Positions 9,908 through 20,056 are shown, counted from the first letter of the stretch. The stretch is 64,000 nucleotides of DNA from an uncultured virus (IMG/VR IMGVR_UViG_3300036800_000502) (IMGVR_UViG_3300036800_000502); one strand, 5' to 3'. The notes: a model not told the origin generated them from the letters alone. A program made the numbers and translations.

Positions 9908-10882
9908 TCATTTGGGCTGCTGTTTGGCAATGTGGAGCTTCAGGGCCAGCGATTGACCTTTTCCTGCCCGACGAAGGTGGAAGCACTCAGGGCAGTTGCC
10001 ACCCAACGTGCGGTTGAAGACCTTGGCCTTCCATCGGTGACCGAACTCACACTCCCACTCGAATCTGGCGTTGCTGCCGAAGCTCACCGTCTCGGGGGAC
10101 CGGCCCTTCCCCTCGGCGTCGGCCACGAACTGGCGGGCGATGTCGGGGTACAGCTCAGCGAGGGATCGGCACTGCCGGCACCCGCCACCGATGCGACGGG
10201 TGCGGCTGCGGATAGCCTCATCCCATCGGTGGCCGCGCTCGCACTCCCAAGTAAACGTGACCTTGCTGCCACCCACCACCGTCTCGGGGGTCCGGCCCTT
10301 CCCCTCGGCGTCGGCCACGAACTGGCGGGCGATGTCGGGGTACAACTCGGCCAGGGATTGACCTGGCTCCGGCACCCACCGGCACTGAGGGCAACCGTGG
10401 TCGCTGCGGCGAGTGCGGTCATTGACCTCAGCGTCCCATCGGTGGCCGCTCTCGCACTCCCAAGTGAACCTGGCGGCGCTCATGCCCATCACCGTCTCGG
10501 GGGTCCGGCCCTTCTCCTCGGCGTCGGCCACGAACTGGCGGGCGATGTCGGGGTACAACTCGGCCAGGGATTGGCACTGCCGGCACTCACCACCGACCTT
10601 GTAGCGAGTGCGGGCGTCAACAGCCTCATCCCATCGGTGACCGCGCTCACACTCCCAGGTGAACACCGCGCTACTGCCATGGCTCACCGTCTCGGGGGTT
10701 TGGCCCATTCCTTCGGTGTCGGCCACGAACTGGTGGGCGATGTCGGGGTACAGCTCAGCGAGGGATTGACCTGGCTTCGGTTGGCGGCGCCTTGGACCAG
10801 ACACCTTCGCCAGCTCAGAAATCGTCAGACCGGTACGGGTCCGACAACGGGTGGCTGGTCTGCGCAGCCGGGGCCGGGGCAC
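9908..10882 (-). CDS. Zinc-ribbon repeat protein (DUF4379-like), four tandem units
   Basis: Four SLAELYPDIAxQF...PETV...FxWECExGHRW...CxxC repeats. Confidence 0.85.
   Translation of the reverse strand: MPRPRLRRPATRCRTRTGLTISELAKVSGPRRRQPKPGQSLAELYPDIAHQFVADTEGMGQTPETVSHGSSAVFTWECERGHRWDEAVDARTRYKVGGECRQCQSLAELYPDIARQFVADAEEKGRTPETVMGMSAARFTWECESGHRWDAEVNDRTRRSDHGCPQCRWVPEPGQSLAELYPDIARQFVADAEGKGRTPETVVGGSKVTFTWECERGHRWDEAIRSRTRRIGGGCRQCRSLAELYPDIARQFVADAEGKGRSPETVSFGSNARFEWECEFGHRWKAKVFNRTLGGNCPECFHLRRAGKGQSLALKLHIAKQQPK
9985..10775. repeat. Four ~180-bp near-identical coding tandem repeats
   Basis: Recurring ggccacgaactggcgggcgatgtcggggtaca core (one copy with a substitution) inside the zinc-ribbon gene. 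Confidence 0.85.
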
Positions 10883-11528
10883 TGTGAACCTTCGGTGCCG
10901 AGCGGGCGGCCTTAGCCGCGGCTTGGCTGGATGCCACCAAAGGCATCAGCGCGGCGATCACCTCGGGGCTGCCGGGCTTCGATCCGAACATCTTGGCCAG
11001 GCGCCGGGGATCGAGGCGCTCGCCGTTGAAGGCGGTACCAGCCGCCGGCCGATACCAGAAGAGGTTGGGGAAGTTGGTCTGCCGGGAGGACCACACCACC
11101 AGCAGCGGCCGGTGGAGCTTGGCCAGAACCCGGTTGTTGCGGAGGTAGCCGGCGATCGACAGCTGGGCTATCTCCATCGTCTTCTTGTCCCCGGACGGGA
11201 AGGCCGACCATCCCCGACGGGTCTTTCCCCCGAGTGTCCAGATGCGCCCAGGCTTCCACACCTTGGTGTCGATCAGGTAGATGTTGTGGCCGGAAACGAC
11301 GGCGTGGTCCACGTTGGCGGTGATCGACGCCATCGGCAGCATGAGGTCGTGGATCACCGTGGGGCCACCGGGGACCGCCAGGGCCCCGAGGAGCTTGGCC
11401 GTCCGGACCTCTCCCGCCTGACCGATCTTGGCCACCTCGCTGTTAGCCGCCCAGCCGGCGTGGTCCAGCCCACCGCCAGCCACGCCGATGATCTGCGGGT
11501 AAGAAGATGGGGCCGGGTTGATCGCCAT
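10815..11528 (-). CDS. NERD-domain (PD-(D/E)XK-like) nuclease
   Basis: GQAGEVRTA...VIHDL...NVDHAVV...LIDTKVW; start ATG 11528 after motif B. Confidence 0.8.
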   Translation of the reverse strand: MAINPAPSSYPQIIGVAGGGLDHAGWAANSEVAKIGQAGEVRTAKLLGALAVPGGPTVIHDLMLPMASITANVDHAVVSGHNIYLIDTKVWKPGRIWTLGGKTRRGWSAFPSGDKKTMEIAQLSIAGYLRNNRVLAKLHRPLLVVWSSRQTNFPNLFWYRPAAGTAFNGERLDPRRLAKMFGSKPGSPEVIAALMPLVASSQAAAKAARSAPKVHSAPAPAAQTSHPLSDPYRSDDF

Positions 11529-11609
11529 GCTCTCTCTGTGCGGCGAAGGTTTGGCCGGGGGTGGATCAGCCCACCGGGGACCGCCGTCATCGCCGCCCTC
11601 ATACTTGGT

Positions 11610-11771
11610 ATGGACACCACCACCAGAGAGCAGCTCCGCTTCCCGATCAGTGTCGGCGAGGTTGTCCTGGCCCCCACCCCCATCCGGCCCCGGCCGGTGG
11701 CCGTGGTCCAGGACTGGGAAGAGGCCAGGTTGTTCGACCCCGATCGGTACCCGTTCACGGCTGTCGCCTGA
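11610..11771 (+). CDS. Small hypothetical protein (53 aa)
   Basis: ATG exactly 9 nt after GCCGCCCTC (11592-11600). Confidence 0.5.
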   Translation: MDTTTREQLRFPISVGEVVLAPTPIRPRPVAVVQDWEEARLFDPDRYPFTAVA

Positions 11772-11841
11772 CGGCCTGGTCTGGCTCCGGGAAGAACCGG
11801 CGCCCAGGCGTAGGCTCGGGCGTTTACAGAACCGAGGTCGC

Positions 11842-12117
11842 ATGTCGACATCCCACCAGGCCCAGGTACCGCCCGCCGCTCGGCGCTACTTCAAGACGAT
11901 CAGCGTCCCCACCGACAGCTACAAGGACCACCCGGTCATCACGGCCGAGTTCCCCCGCAGACGTCAAGACGGTGCTGTCGGTTGGGCCCGACAGACCTAC
12001 CGGAAGCGCATCAGCGCAAGCTGGGCCCGGAAGCTCCGGGCCGATGGCGTCACCCACGTCGAGCTCGCCGCCGGTGGCCACACCGCTGACTTCAGGATCG
12101 AAGAGTTGGTCCGCTGA
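11842..12117 (+). CDS. Small hypothetical protein
   Basis: GAGG RBS before ATG; MSTSHQAQ... plausible composition. Confidence 0.6.
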   Translation: MSTSHQAQVPPAARRYFKTISVPTDSYKDHPVITAEFPRRRQDGAVGWARQTYRKRISASWARKLRADGVTHVELAAGGHTADFRIEELVR

Positions 12118-12167
12118 ACCGACCCTGGGTCCAGGGAGGCCCTGGCGATGCCGCCCTCATCTGACGT

Positions 12168-12836
12168 ATGGACGCCGCCGACCACGAAGAGACCGACCTA
12201 CGAGTCTGGAACCCGGAGACGGGAGATTGGGTAGTTGTGTCGGTGGCGGCCAAGGGCGTCGTCATGGAGGTCGACGGAGACGACGGCCTCATCCAGATCG
12301 GAGCAGGTGCCGACGGGACGCTGCGGGCTTCGAGCTACGCGGGGGCTGTTGGTCGTTACTCGCCGGCCTTCTCGGTTGACTTGAGGCACCTGCCAACCGC
12401 CGACCAAGCGGCCGAGGCCGCGGCCGAGTTGTCGACGGGGGACCGGCCCTCCGAACCACCGATGACGGCGGTGCTCTGGCGCGCTGAGCGGCGAGAGCCC
12501 CCGCCCGACGTCGCCCGTGGCTACCGCGAGATGGTGGCGTTCGACGACAGCGCGTGTGTCGATGTCATCGCCCCCGATGGCCGGCGGGTCCAGGTGGTGT
12601 TCCACCCGGACGGGCACACCTTGGTCCGGGGCTGGTCGGGGTTCTACGAGAACATCAAGACCGAAGAGGAGACCAACTCCCACCTTCGGGAGATGGGCCC
12701 CGGCGACGAGGTGGCCTCCATGAGCATGGTGATCCCCCGGGTCCCGGAGAACATCCGACAGGCGCGGGACCAACGCCACGCAGATCTCGTCCGGCGCCGG
12801 GCGGCAGCTCCGGGGTGGTCTCTGGGCAATGACTGA
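12168..12836 (+). CDS. Hypothetical protein
   Basis: ATG 9 nt after motif A; overlaps the next gene. Confidence 0.75.
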   Translation: MDAADHEETDLRVWNPETGDWVVVSVAAKGVVMEVDGDDGLIQIGAGADGTLRASSYAGAVGRYSPAFSVDLRHLPTADQAAEAAAELSTGDRPSEPPMTAVLWRAERREPPPDVARGYREMVAFDDSACVDVIAPDGRRVQVVFHPDGHTLVRGWSGFYENIKTEEETNSHLREMGPGDEVASMSMVIPRVPENIRQARDQRHADLVRRRAAAPGWSLGND

Positions 12837-13464
12837 GGTGCTGGGCGGCCAACGGCTCCCTCTCTACACCAGCGACCTCCACCTGGGGCACGTCAACATC
12901 ATCGGGTACGAGAACCGGCCGTTCGATTCGGTCGAGGAGATGAACGCCGGGATCATCGACCGGTGGAATACCCAAGTCGACGACGAAGACGATGTGGTCA
13001 TCCTCGGCGACTTCGCCATGGGGCACATCGCCGAGACCTTGCCGTTGGCCGCCCAGCTCCGGGGCCGCAAATGGCTCCTGTGCGGAAACCACGATCGGCC
13101 ATGGGCGGGTCACGGCAAAAAGGCGCAAGGGTGGAGAGACCGGTACCTCGAGGCCGGGTTCTTCGAGGTCGGCGACGGCGGTACCGGTCTCCGATACTTC
13201 TATCCGATCGGCGAGCGGGTGAACATCCAGGGCGACCATTTCCCCTATGAGTCGATCGACCGGCACGGGGATCGGTTCACCGGTTGGATGCCCCCGGACC
13301 GGGGAGAGTGGCTCCTCCATGGCCATGTCCACAGCGCGTGGCGGCAACGGGGACGGCAGCTGAATGTTGGGTTTGACGCTTGGGGTGGTCATCTCGTGAC
13401 GGCCGCAGAGCTTTCCGAGCTGGTTCGCCAGGGGCCACAAAATCTGGACGCCATCCCCTGGTGA
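12829..13464 (+). CDS. Calcineurin-like metallophosphoesterase
   Basis: SDLHLGH, LGDFA, GNHD, LHGHVH, NVGFD motifs. Confidence 0.9.
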   Translation: MTEVLGGQRLPLYTSDLHLGHVNIIGYENRPFDSVEEMNAGIIDRWNTQVDDEDDVVILGDFAMGHIAETLPLAAQLRGRKWLLCGNHDRPWAGHGKKAQGWRDRYLEAGFFEVGDGGTGLRYFYPIGERVNIQGDHFPYESIDRHGDRFTGWMPPDRGEWLLHGHVHSAWRQRGRQLNVGFDAWGGHLVTAAELSELVRQGPQNLDAIPW

Positions 13465-13536
13465 TGTCGGAGCGGGGCTGGCTGACCGGGGGTTGATCTT
13501 CAGGCGACAACCTCGATCGCCGCCCTCTTACTGGGT

Positions 13537-14496
13537 ATGAGCCCAGCCAATCCCAACCGCCAGCCCCCTGGCACCCCCGTCGGGGGCCAGTTCGCCGCCA
13601 GGGCCAGCTCCGAGGCCGCCCACCTGGCCCTGGTCCCCGACGAGCGGGCCGAGTCATCCAGAGCCGAACTCCACAAAACCCTGGAGGCCGCCTGTGCCAG
13701 GGTGGAGGCGCGGACCGCCGAGGCGACCACGGACAAGGAGACATTCCCGCTGCCCTGGGCGTTCGGCGCATTGCCGCCGGCCGAAGTCGCTGCGGCGCAG
13801 TCCGTCGGTCTCGACCCCGGCAACTACCAGGTCTTCCGCAAGTCAGGTGCCACCCACGACGAGTTGCGGGCTGCCCACCTGGCCGGGATCGACCCCTACG
13901 TCTACGGAGCCGCTCGCTGGCGGCGGGCGACCAACCATGAGGAGCTGATGGCGGCCCACCAGGCCGGGGTGAACAATCTCATCGGGTTCGCCGACGCCCG
14001 CACCAACGGAGCCACCGCGGCCGAGGTGATGGAGGCCCACGCCGGCGGAGCAAACCTGCACGACTATGCCGTCGCCCGTAACTTTTCGGAGTACGAGGAC
14101 GGGGCCACCCACCAAGAGGCGATGGAGGCCCACGCCGCCGGAATCGACCTCGACAACTACGCCAGAGAGCTCCACCACGGATCTACCCACGAAGAGATCG
14201 TCGCCGACGCGGCTGATAAGTGCGTTAGGGAGTTTGAGAATCAGCCAGTGTTGGCGCCTGGCGAGGTGGGGTGGCGGAAGGTGTGGGGCGCCAATGTCTC
14301 CCATATCCGCGCCGGAGACATTGTGCTAACCAGGTCGGGCGATGCGGTAGAGACCTCCTACGTTGCCGATACGTTTGAGTCCAAGTCGGCACCGATGCGC
14401 CGTGGCTTCGTGGATGGCGGAGGGAAGCGGTTTACCCTGGGGGCCATGAACGCTGTGATTGTGGTTCGCAAGGGAACGCACAACACGTTGGCCTAG
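13537..14496 (+). CDS. GGQFA-tagged protein with ~26-aa helical repeats
   Basis: N-term MSPANPNRQPPGTPVGGQFAARASSEA; GATHxExxxAHxAG repeats; motif A upstream. Confidence 0.85.
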   Translation: MSPANPNRQPPGTPVGGQFAARASSEAAHLALVPDERAESSRAELHKTLEAACARVEARTAEATTDKETFPLPWAFGALPPAEVAAAQSVGLDPGNYQVFRKSGATHDELRAAHLAGIDPYVYGAARWRRATNHEELMAAHQAGVNNLIGFADARTNGATAAEVMEAHAGGANLHDYAVARNFSEYEDGATHQEAMEAHAAGIDLDNYARELHHGSTHEEIVADAADKCVREFENQPVLAPGEVGWRKVWGANVSHIRAGDIVLTRSGDAVETSYVADTFESKSAPMRRGFVDGGGKRFTLGAMNAVIVVRKGTHNTLA

Positions 14497-14582
14497 TGCC
14501 CCTCCTCGTAGTCCTCACTGGGCATGGGCCTCTCTTCTCTAGTTTCTAGCGTCTAGTCAGTACGGCGCGTGAGGGAGCCGGT

Positions 14583-15902
14583 TCACGCCACCTTCATCCG
14601 ACTCGTCGATCGTCCTTTGGGCCGGATGGCGGCCAGGTGCGCCCGCCGCTCGGGGGACATGGGAGTGGCGGGCGGCATCCCGGCCCGGGCCAGCACCACG
14701 GCGTCGAGGTCGGGCCCGGGTCCGGTCTTCAGCCAATGTGGCACCCCGTACAGCAGGTTGGCGTTGTCGAGCACGGCTAGGGCCGCGGCGGGGTCCGCCG
14801 GCGAGAACGGGACAGCGTACGGGTCGAGGAGGTCGACCGGCCGCCAACGGGCTGCGGGCGGGCCGGTCGGGAGTTCGGCCCGTAGCCCGATAAACGCTGG
14901 ATCCACCATGTCCAGGGCGGGGAACCAGTCGCCCCAGCGGGCGAACGCCATCCGCTCCGCCACCCTGGCCAGGTTCCTGTCCATCGTCGAGTTCGCCTCT
15001 TCGGCCAAGATCTTCTTGGTGACGGCCCCGTTGTCTCTTTGGGTACCAGGTGGGGACACGTCGACGAAGATCACCATTAGCGATTTGGTTCTATCGGCGA
15101 CCAGGGCCGAGGCCCATCTGGCCACTTTCTCCCGCAGTTTGGTCGAGGTCGACGCCGTGGCCTCGACCGCAATTCGGAATCCATCGGGGCGGACCCACAC
15201 TGCATCGGCCGCCCGTTTGGAGTTCTGCTCCACCGCCCGGGTCTCGCCGAACAACAGCGGAAACCCACCGAGCTGCTCGCCGAAGACCGATCCGATCGGG
15301 CAGAACTCAGCCACCCGGAGCGACAGCTCCGTGGTCAAGAGATTGTGACGGTCAAACTGGCTGCCGACGGTTAGATCTTGGCCGGCGGTGACGCCTACCC
15401 ATTCGGCGTAGGTCAGTCGGTGCCCGAGGTCGGTCGACTTTGCCTGGGGATCCAGGCGATACAGCTGGGGGAGGGGTGAGGAGGCGGGCATCATTCCGTT
15501 GACGATGGTCCCTTTTTGGATGAGCTCGGCCGCCCACAGCAGCTCGAGGTCGGAGATGGCGCTGCGGCCCTTCCTCCCGGTGATAGCGGTGAGTTGAGGC
15601 CCGGTGGCTGTTCTCCACAACTCGGTGGCCGCCAGTTGAGCCAACCGTCCGGGTTTAGTGACGAGGAGATCGAGGGCCTCTTTGGGTTCCCACTTCTTTT
15701 CCGACACCCGCATCCGCCCGGCGCCGGCGGCTTCACCTCGACGGAAGGAAGACCGGGACGCCCAAGCAACCGACACCCCACCGACACCCGACGCCCACAG
15801 GTTCGCCCAGAAAGGGTCGATCCGATTGGCGGCGTCGACCCCTTCGGTCGGACAAGCCGAATCCAGTTCGGACATCGGGAGGGGGTCAGATCGAGTCACC
15901 AT
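14583..15902 (-). CDS. Replication-relaxation family-like protein (putative relaxase)
   Basis: N-terminal HTH-like segment, DRHNL, ADAVW...IAVEAT...REKVARW PD-(D/E)XK-type motif; directly downstream of the coupling protein. Confidence 0.6.
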   Translation of the reverse strand: MVTRSDPLPMSELDSACPTEGVDAANRIDPFWANLWASGVGGVSVAWASRSSFRRGEAAGAGRMRVSEKKWEPKEALDLLVTKPGRLAQLAATELWRTATGPQLTAITGRKGRSAISDLELLWAAELIQKGTIVNGMMPASSPLPQLYRLDPQAKSTDLGHRLTYAEWVGVTAGQDLTVGSQFDRHNLLTTELSLRVAEFCPIGSVFGEQLGGFPLLFGETRAVEQNSKRAADAVWVRPDGFRIAVEATASTSTKLREKVARWASALVADRTKSLMVIFVDVSPPGTQRDNGAVTKKILAEEANSTMDRNLARVAERMAFARWGDWFPALDMVDPAFIGLRAELPTGPPAARWRPVDLLDPYAVPFSPADPAAALAVLDNANLLYGVPHWLKTGPGPDLDAVVLARAGMPPATPMSPERRAHLAAIRPKGRSTSRMKVA

Positions 15903-18382
15903 GTCTCGAAGGCCTCGGAGGACGACTGGTAGGGATCGGCCGCCGGTGCCAGGCGGAGCACGTCAACCGGGCCCGGCCCTACGTCCAGGGGGATGGGCAA
16001 TCCGGACCCGATGGGATACCCCTGGTCGGGAGCGAACTCGTCGGGGTGGTCACCCCACCACCCCATCCGGATCGGCACCGGAGGTTGGAGCCGCCCGCCG
16101 GCGGTGGCCCGGAGGATGGCGTGGAACTTCTCGAGGTTCCCGATGTCCGACTTCGACCAGTCGCCGCCACCGATGGTGAGCTGGGCCAGAGCCTCGTCGA
16201 TGACCTGGGGATCGGACTGTTGGAACCAGAAGACGGTGGCGAAGCCGCGGAGGGCGGACCGCACCAGGGGAAGGAGCTGTTCAGGGCTCTGGGTGGCGAA
16301 CACCAGCCGGACCCCGTAGGACCGGCCCTGGTTCCGGAGCCAGTCGACCACCTCGGCCGACGTCTTGGCCAACAGCGAGAGCTCGTCGGAGAAGATGGAG
16401 ACCGACCGACCGGCGTCCTTCCACCCCGAGCAAGTCCGCATGATGGCTTCTCGCAGCGAGTAGGCCAGCATGGCGGAGATGACGTTGGCCAGCCGTTCGT
16501 CGGTGATGGCCCCGGTCTGGGTGACCCCGGAGTTGAAAATAACCGCCTGGTGACCCTCCAGGATGTCCGCCCAGTTGAGTTTCCTCCGGCCGGGTGACCA
16601 CCAGCTCTTCTCCAGCACCAGCACCAGCATCTTGTTCCGGGCCGACTCGGTGATGGTCCGGCGCTGGGCCGGGGTCACCTTCTCCCCGTAGAAAGGGGCA
16701 AGGAGACGGACGGCTTGGGCGAGCTCGTCGTAGGTGGGGTCGGTCGGGTCCATATGTTCCGCGTGGCTGCCGATGTCTCCGGCCAGGGCGACCCCCACTT
16801 CGTCTCCCATCCCTCCCAAGAGGATGTGGGCGAGGCCGACCGGTGACACCTCGCCGGGGATGACCGACGTGGCGGTGGCCGCCACCATCGGGGGGCAGGC
16901 GAACGCAGCGGTCAGGGTGGCCGACAGCGCCTCGAAACTCCGGCCCTGGATCTGGTCGGCGCCGAACGCATAGGTCATGGCTGCAATGAAAAAACTGGCT
17001 CGCTGGGTGGCGCTCCCGGGGATGTCCAGCATGTCGATCGCCGGGGTGTCGGGGTTGCCCAGCTCGACCAGGGTGGCGGTGTCGCCAACCCGGTCGGACC
17101 ACTGCTGGTAGGTGGCCGCTCCCTCGCCTTTGTTCTCGAACGCGATCAGGGTGTTCCTCGCCCCCGGCCGGTCCGGTCTGCCGGACGGGGCGACCCGCTC
17201 AAGGCAGTTCCACGCCCACAGGTTCGACACCAGCACCGACTTGCCGGAGTCGGGGATCCCCATGGCGGAGACCCCTCCGAATGCCTCGGCCGCATCTATG
17301 TGGACGGGGGTGTCCCCACCGAACCCGACCACCGGCCCGATGTCGTCGAGGAGGGCGGCGGGGGCCGACCGGATCTGGGTCGACGCCACGTCCGATGCGG
17401 TGCCGGCGTGGGGTGACACCAGCCCGATCACCATGGCTGGCCCCATGAGGAAAGTGGTCCTGGCCAACGGATAGTCGCCGTCGGTCGCCGGTCGCTCTCG
17501 ACCGTTGGCGACGGGCCTGGATCGACGGGGCCGGCGCGGTGGGATTGTCCGGCGGGCGGGGGAAGGGAACTGGCCGCCAGCCAGCTGGGCCTCGAGCCGT
17601 TTGGCCCCGGTCGGGATCCAGCCTTTGCCGGCGACAAACCCGGCCAGGGCGACCACACTCCCGGCCAGCGAAGACAGCAGCCAGTGGTGGGTCTCGATGC
17701 CTCCGGCCAGCCACGCCCCGAGGCCCAGCCCGTAGAGGATGAGATCGACCGGCGGCGTCCGGTTGGTGCGGATCACGGTGTCGATGTCGAAGCCAGGGAT
17801 GGCTGAGCTCAACTGGTGCAGCAGGTTGGACACGTCGTCGGGGGAGGACGCCCCGGCGTAGATGGAAGCGACCAGAGATTCGCCGTCGTTGCTGTAGTGG
17901 GTGACGGCCCCGTCCAGGCGGTGGTGGAACCATCGGCGGGTGACCCGCATCTCGTTCCGGGTCGGCGGCCGTAGCGAAATTGCCACCCAGTTACCTGGCT
18001 CCAGGATGTGGCTGAGAAGGAGGGCCACTTCGGACGGATCGCCGCCGGCCTGGGTGTCCCGGGAGGCGTACTCGGTGGGTGCTGCCACCAGCCAGCCAAC
18101 GCTCGGGGTTGACGAGAGATCGGGGAGTGAGTCGGCCGGTTCGCTCTGGGCGCCGAGGGCGGAAGTCAGGCTGGTGATGACGTGGCCGCCGGCGCCGCCC
18201 TGGTTGGTAACAGCGAAGCTCAACATGCCCCGGTCGTTGCGAGTGGCCACCAGAACCGCTCCCCTGGAGGTGCCGACCGCGGCTCCGAACGGCTTGGCTC
18301 GCTGAACCACCACGTCCCGAAGCGGTGGGTCGCCGCCGGATCGGGTGAGGCGGAAGACGTGCTGGGGATTTGCTCGGGCCAC
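15896..18382 (-). CDS. TraD/VirD4-like type IV coupling ATPase
   Basis: Two TM helices, Walker A GIPDSGKS, IFSDEL, RNQGRSYGV...ATQSPEQL; start GTG 18382 after motif B. Confidence 0.75.
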   Translation of the reverse strand: MARANPQHVFRLTRSGGDPPLRDVVVQRAKPFGAAVGTSRGAVLVATRNDRGMLSFAVTNQGGAGGHVITSLTSALGAQSEPADSLPDLSSTPSVGWLVAAPTEYASRDTQAGGDPSEVALLLSHILEPGNWVAISLRPPTRNEMRVTRRWFHHRLDGAVTHYSNDGESLVASIYAGASSPDDVSNLLHQLSSAIPGFDIDTVIRTNRTPPVDLILYGLGLGAWLAGGIETHHWLLSSLAGSVVALAGFVAGKGWIPTGAKRLEAQLAGGQFPSPARRTIPPRRPRRSRPVANGRERPATDGDYPLARTTFLMGPAMVIGLVSPHAGTASDVASTQIRSAPAALLDDIGPVVGFGGDTPVHIDAAEAFGGVSAMGIPDSGKSVLVSNLWAWNCLERVAPSGRPDRPGARNTLIAFENKGEGAATYQQWSDRVGDTATLVELGNPDTPAIDMLDIPGSATQRASFFIAAMTYAFGADQIQGRSFEALSATLTAAFACPPMVAATATSVIPGEVSPVGLAHILLGGMGDEVGVALAGDIGSHAEHMDPTDPTYDELAQAVRLLAPFYGEKVTPAQRRTITESARNKMLVLVLEKSWWSPGRRKLNWADILEGHQAVIFNSGVTQTGAITDERLANVISAMLAYSLREAIMRTCSGWKDAGRSVSIFSDELSLLAKTSAEVVDWLRNQGRSYGVRLVFATQSPEQLLPLVRSALRGFATVFWFQQSDPQVIDEALAQLTIGGGDWSKSDIGNLEKFHAILRATAGGRLQPPVPIRMGWWGDHPDEFAPDQGYPIGSGLPIPLDVGPGPVDVLRLAPAADPYQSSSEAFETW

Positions 18383-19204
18383 GCTTCCCACCATGCGGCG
18401 ACTGGTCAGGCTCGGTGGAGCTGGGTGATCTTCCCGCAATATGGGGAAAATATGCGGTCGACCGCGTAGTTATGCAAGGTGGCAATTCCCCGGATGGCTG
18501 CCCCACAAATCGCCGCCTGGTTCTCCCCCTTCTCTCCGGTCCCCTCCGTTACGTGGTCGAAGACGTGGCCGACGGCAGGTTGGGATCAAAAAATCGGGTC
18601 GTGGACCTAAGCCAACAGCCGTGACTCAAGTTGTGGTGGATGAAGAAAGAAACCGGTGGATCAGGTCATGGGACGAGGTGTACGAGGCGGGGCATGGTGT
18701 CACGAAGTGACGTGGCCTGCGGCCGGCTGCGATGGATGGAAGTTAGGGAACTGGACGTGGGCGAAGCCGGGTGGCGCGGAGCGGATGAAATGGACGAGTT
18801 GACCGGTGGTGGTGCAGGGCACGAAGTGGATCTCTCGGTGGGACGTTGCGTCGGTGACGTGGTGGTGCGGAACGGTGTACTGGACGGAGCGAGATGGTGC
18901 GCCGGGGGCTGGTCGTTGCGGAGCAAGAAGATGGCGTGGTGGACCGAGGAGAAAGCGGGATGGGCCAGGAGGGAGCTCAATGGGACTGGGGGAACAAGGC
19001 GGTCCTCGATGAGTCGCAACGGTCGCTTTGATGCGAGCCCCGGAGGGGTGAGCATCTTAAGGTCCCCACTGGTCCGAGACCCCCTGTCATTCCGGCTAGC
19101 GCCAGGGCGGCCCGCCGGGCCTGGGTGAGATCGGAAGAGGTTGGTTGGTTGCTGTCCCACACCCCTACAGAGGGCGGCGGTTTTGCCGATCCGCCGGCCG
19201 TGCC

Positions 19205-20056
19205 TTAGCTGGCTTGGGATTCGCTGACCAGCCCGGCAGCGATGGCTTGTTCGACCATGACTTCGTGGATGTGCTCGGTGCAGGTCTTGACCGTCGAGGA
19301 CGGGATCCCGGTCCGGCGGGAGATCTCCGCCTGGGAGAGCATTTCCCCGTCCGGGAACCACTCGAGCGAGATCTCCGCGATCCGCCCCCACCTCGGGTCG
19401 GTCTCGTGGCAGACCTCGATGATCCGCTTCACCAAGTCGGCGGCCGCCGATGTGGTGACGAGATCATCCTCGGTGGCCGGGCGGCTGTACTCGGGGAAGG
19501 AGTCCGGGTCGTGAGGGGAGAGGGAGATACCGATGAAGTCCTCTTCAGTGGCGATGGCAGCCTGTTTGGTCGGGTTCGCCCGCTTGGATGCCACCTTGTT
19601 GTACTCCTCGACCACCTCGGCGTTGCTGACCGGATGGCCAGCCGCCATCTCCATCCTCTGGGCAGTGGTGTAGAGCCCCCGGCGCCGGCGATTGACCGTG
19701 GTGTACCCGGCGATTCCGGACACAGCGGACGACTCGGCGTAGTCCCGGATAGCCGACCGCGAGCGGGTCCAGAGCTGGGCTTCCCAGGCCACCGACGGCT
19801 TGGAAAACGGGCCCTGCCCCAGCGCAGTGAGCATGTTCGAGTGGGTCTCCATGACGAGTGCGGTGAGGTCGTCCAGCACCGCCTCGGAGTTGGCGTCGAG
19901 CCCCGGATACCGGGCTAGGCGCCGGGCCAAAGACTCGTGCCAGGACTGGTTCCGGGCCAGGAAAACCTCGATCAGAACCTTCCGGCGTTCGGGGGTGGCC
20001 TCGCAGATTCCAGCCAGGTCCTCCATTAGGTCTTCGTGGCTGAACTGGACTCCCAT
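19205..20056 (-). CDS. Divergent sigma-70-like / HTH transcription factor
   Basis: Region-2-like helices (WEAQLWTRSRSAIRDYAE), region-3-like PVSNAEVVEE, C-terminal HTH LSQAEISRRTGIPSSTVK. Confidence 0.55.
   Translation of the reverse strand: MGVQFSHEDLMEDLAGICEATPERRKVLIEVFLARNQSWHESLARRLARYPGLDANSEAVLDDLTALVMETHSNMLTALGQGPFSKPSVAWEAQLWTRSRSAIRDYAESSAVSGIAGYTTVNRRRRGLYTTAQRMEMAAGHPVSNAEVVEEYNKVASKRANPTKQAAIATEEDFIGISLSPHDPDSFPEYSRPATEDDLVTTSAAADLVKRIIEVCHETDPRWGRIAEISLEWFPDGEMLSQAEISRRTGIPSSTVKTCTEHIHEVMVEQAIAAGLVSESQAS

Noticed and set aside
5493..9956. 1487-aa plus-strand ORF
   Set aside because: Antisense shadow of the FtsK genes, typical of high-GC DNA; Gly/Arg-rich with no motifs.
9985..10775. 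Tandem repeats as a CRISPR array or DGR template/variable pair
   Set aside because: In-frame coding repeats with no unique spacers, and no reverse transcriptase in the window.
14493..14560. Cluster of CTAG tetramers between convergent genes
   Set aside because: No clear stem-loop or repeat structure; function unsupported.
19128..19139. AGATCGGAAGAG, matching the start of the Illumina adapter
   Set aside because: Only 12 nt and the next base diverges; probably chance, though read-level checking is cheap.
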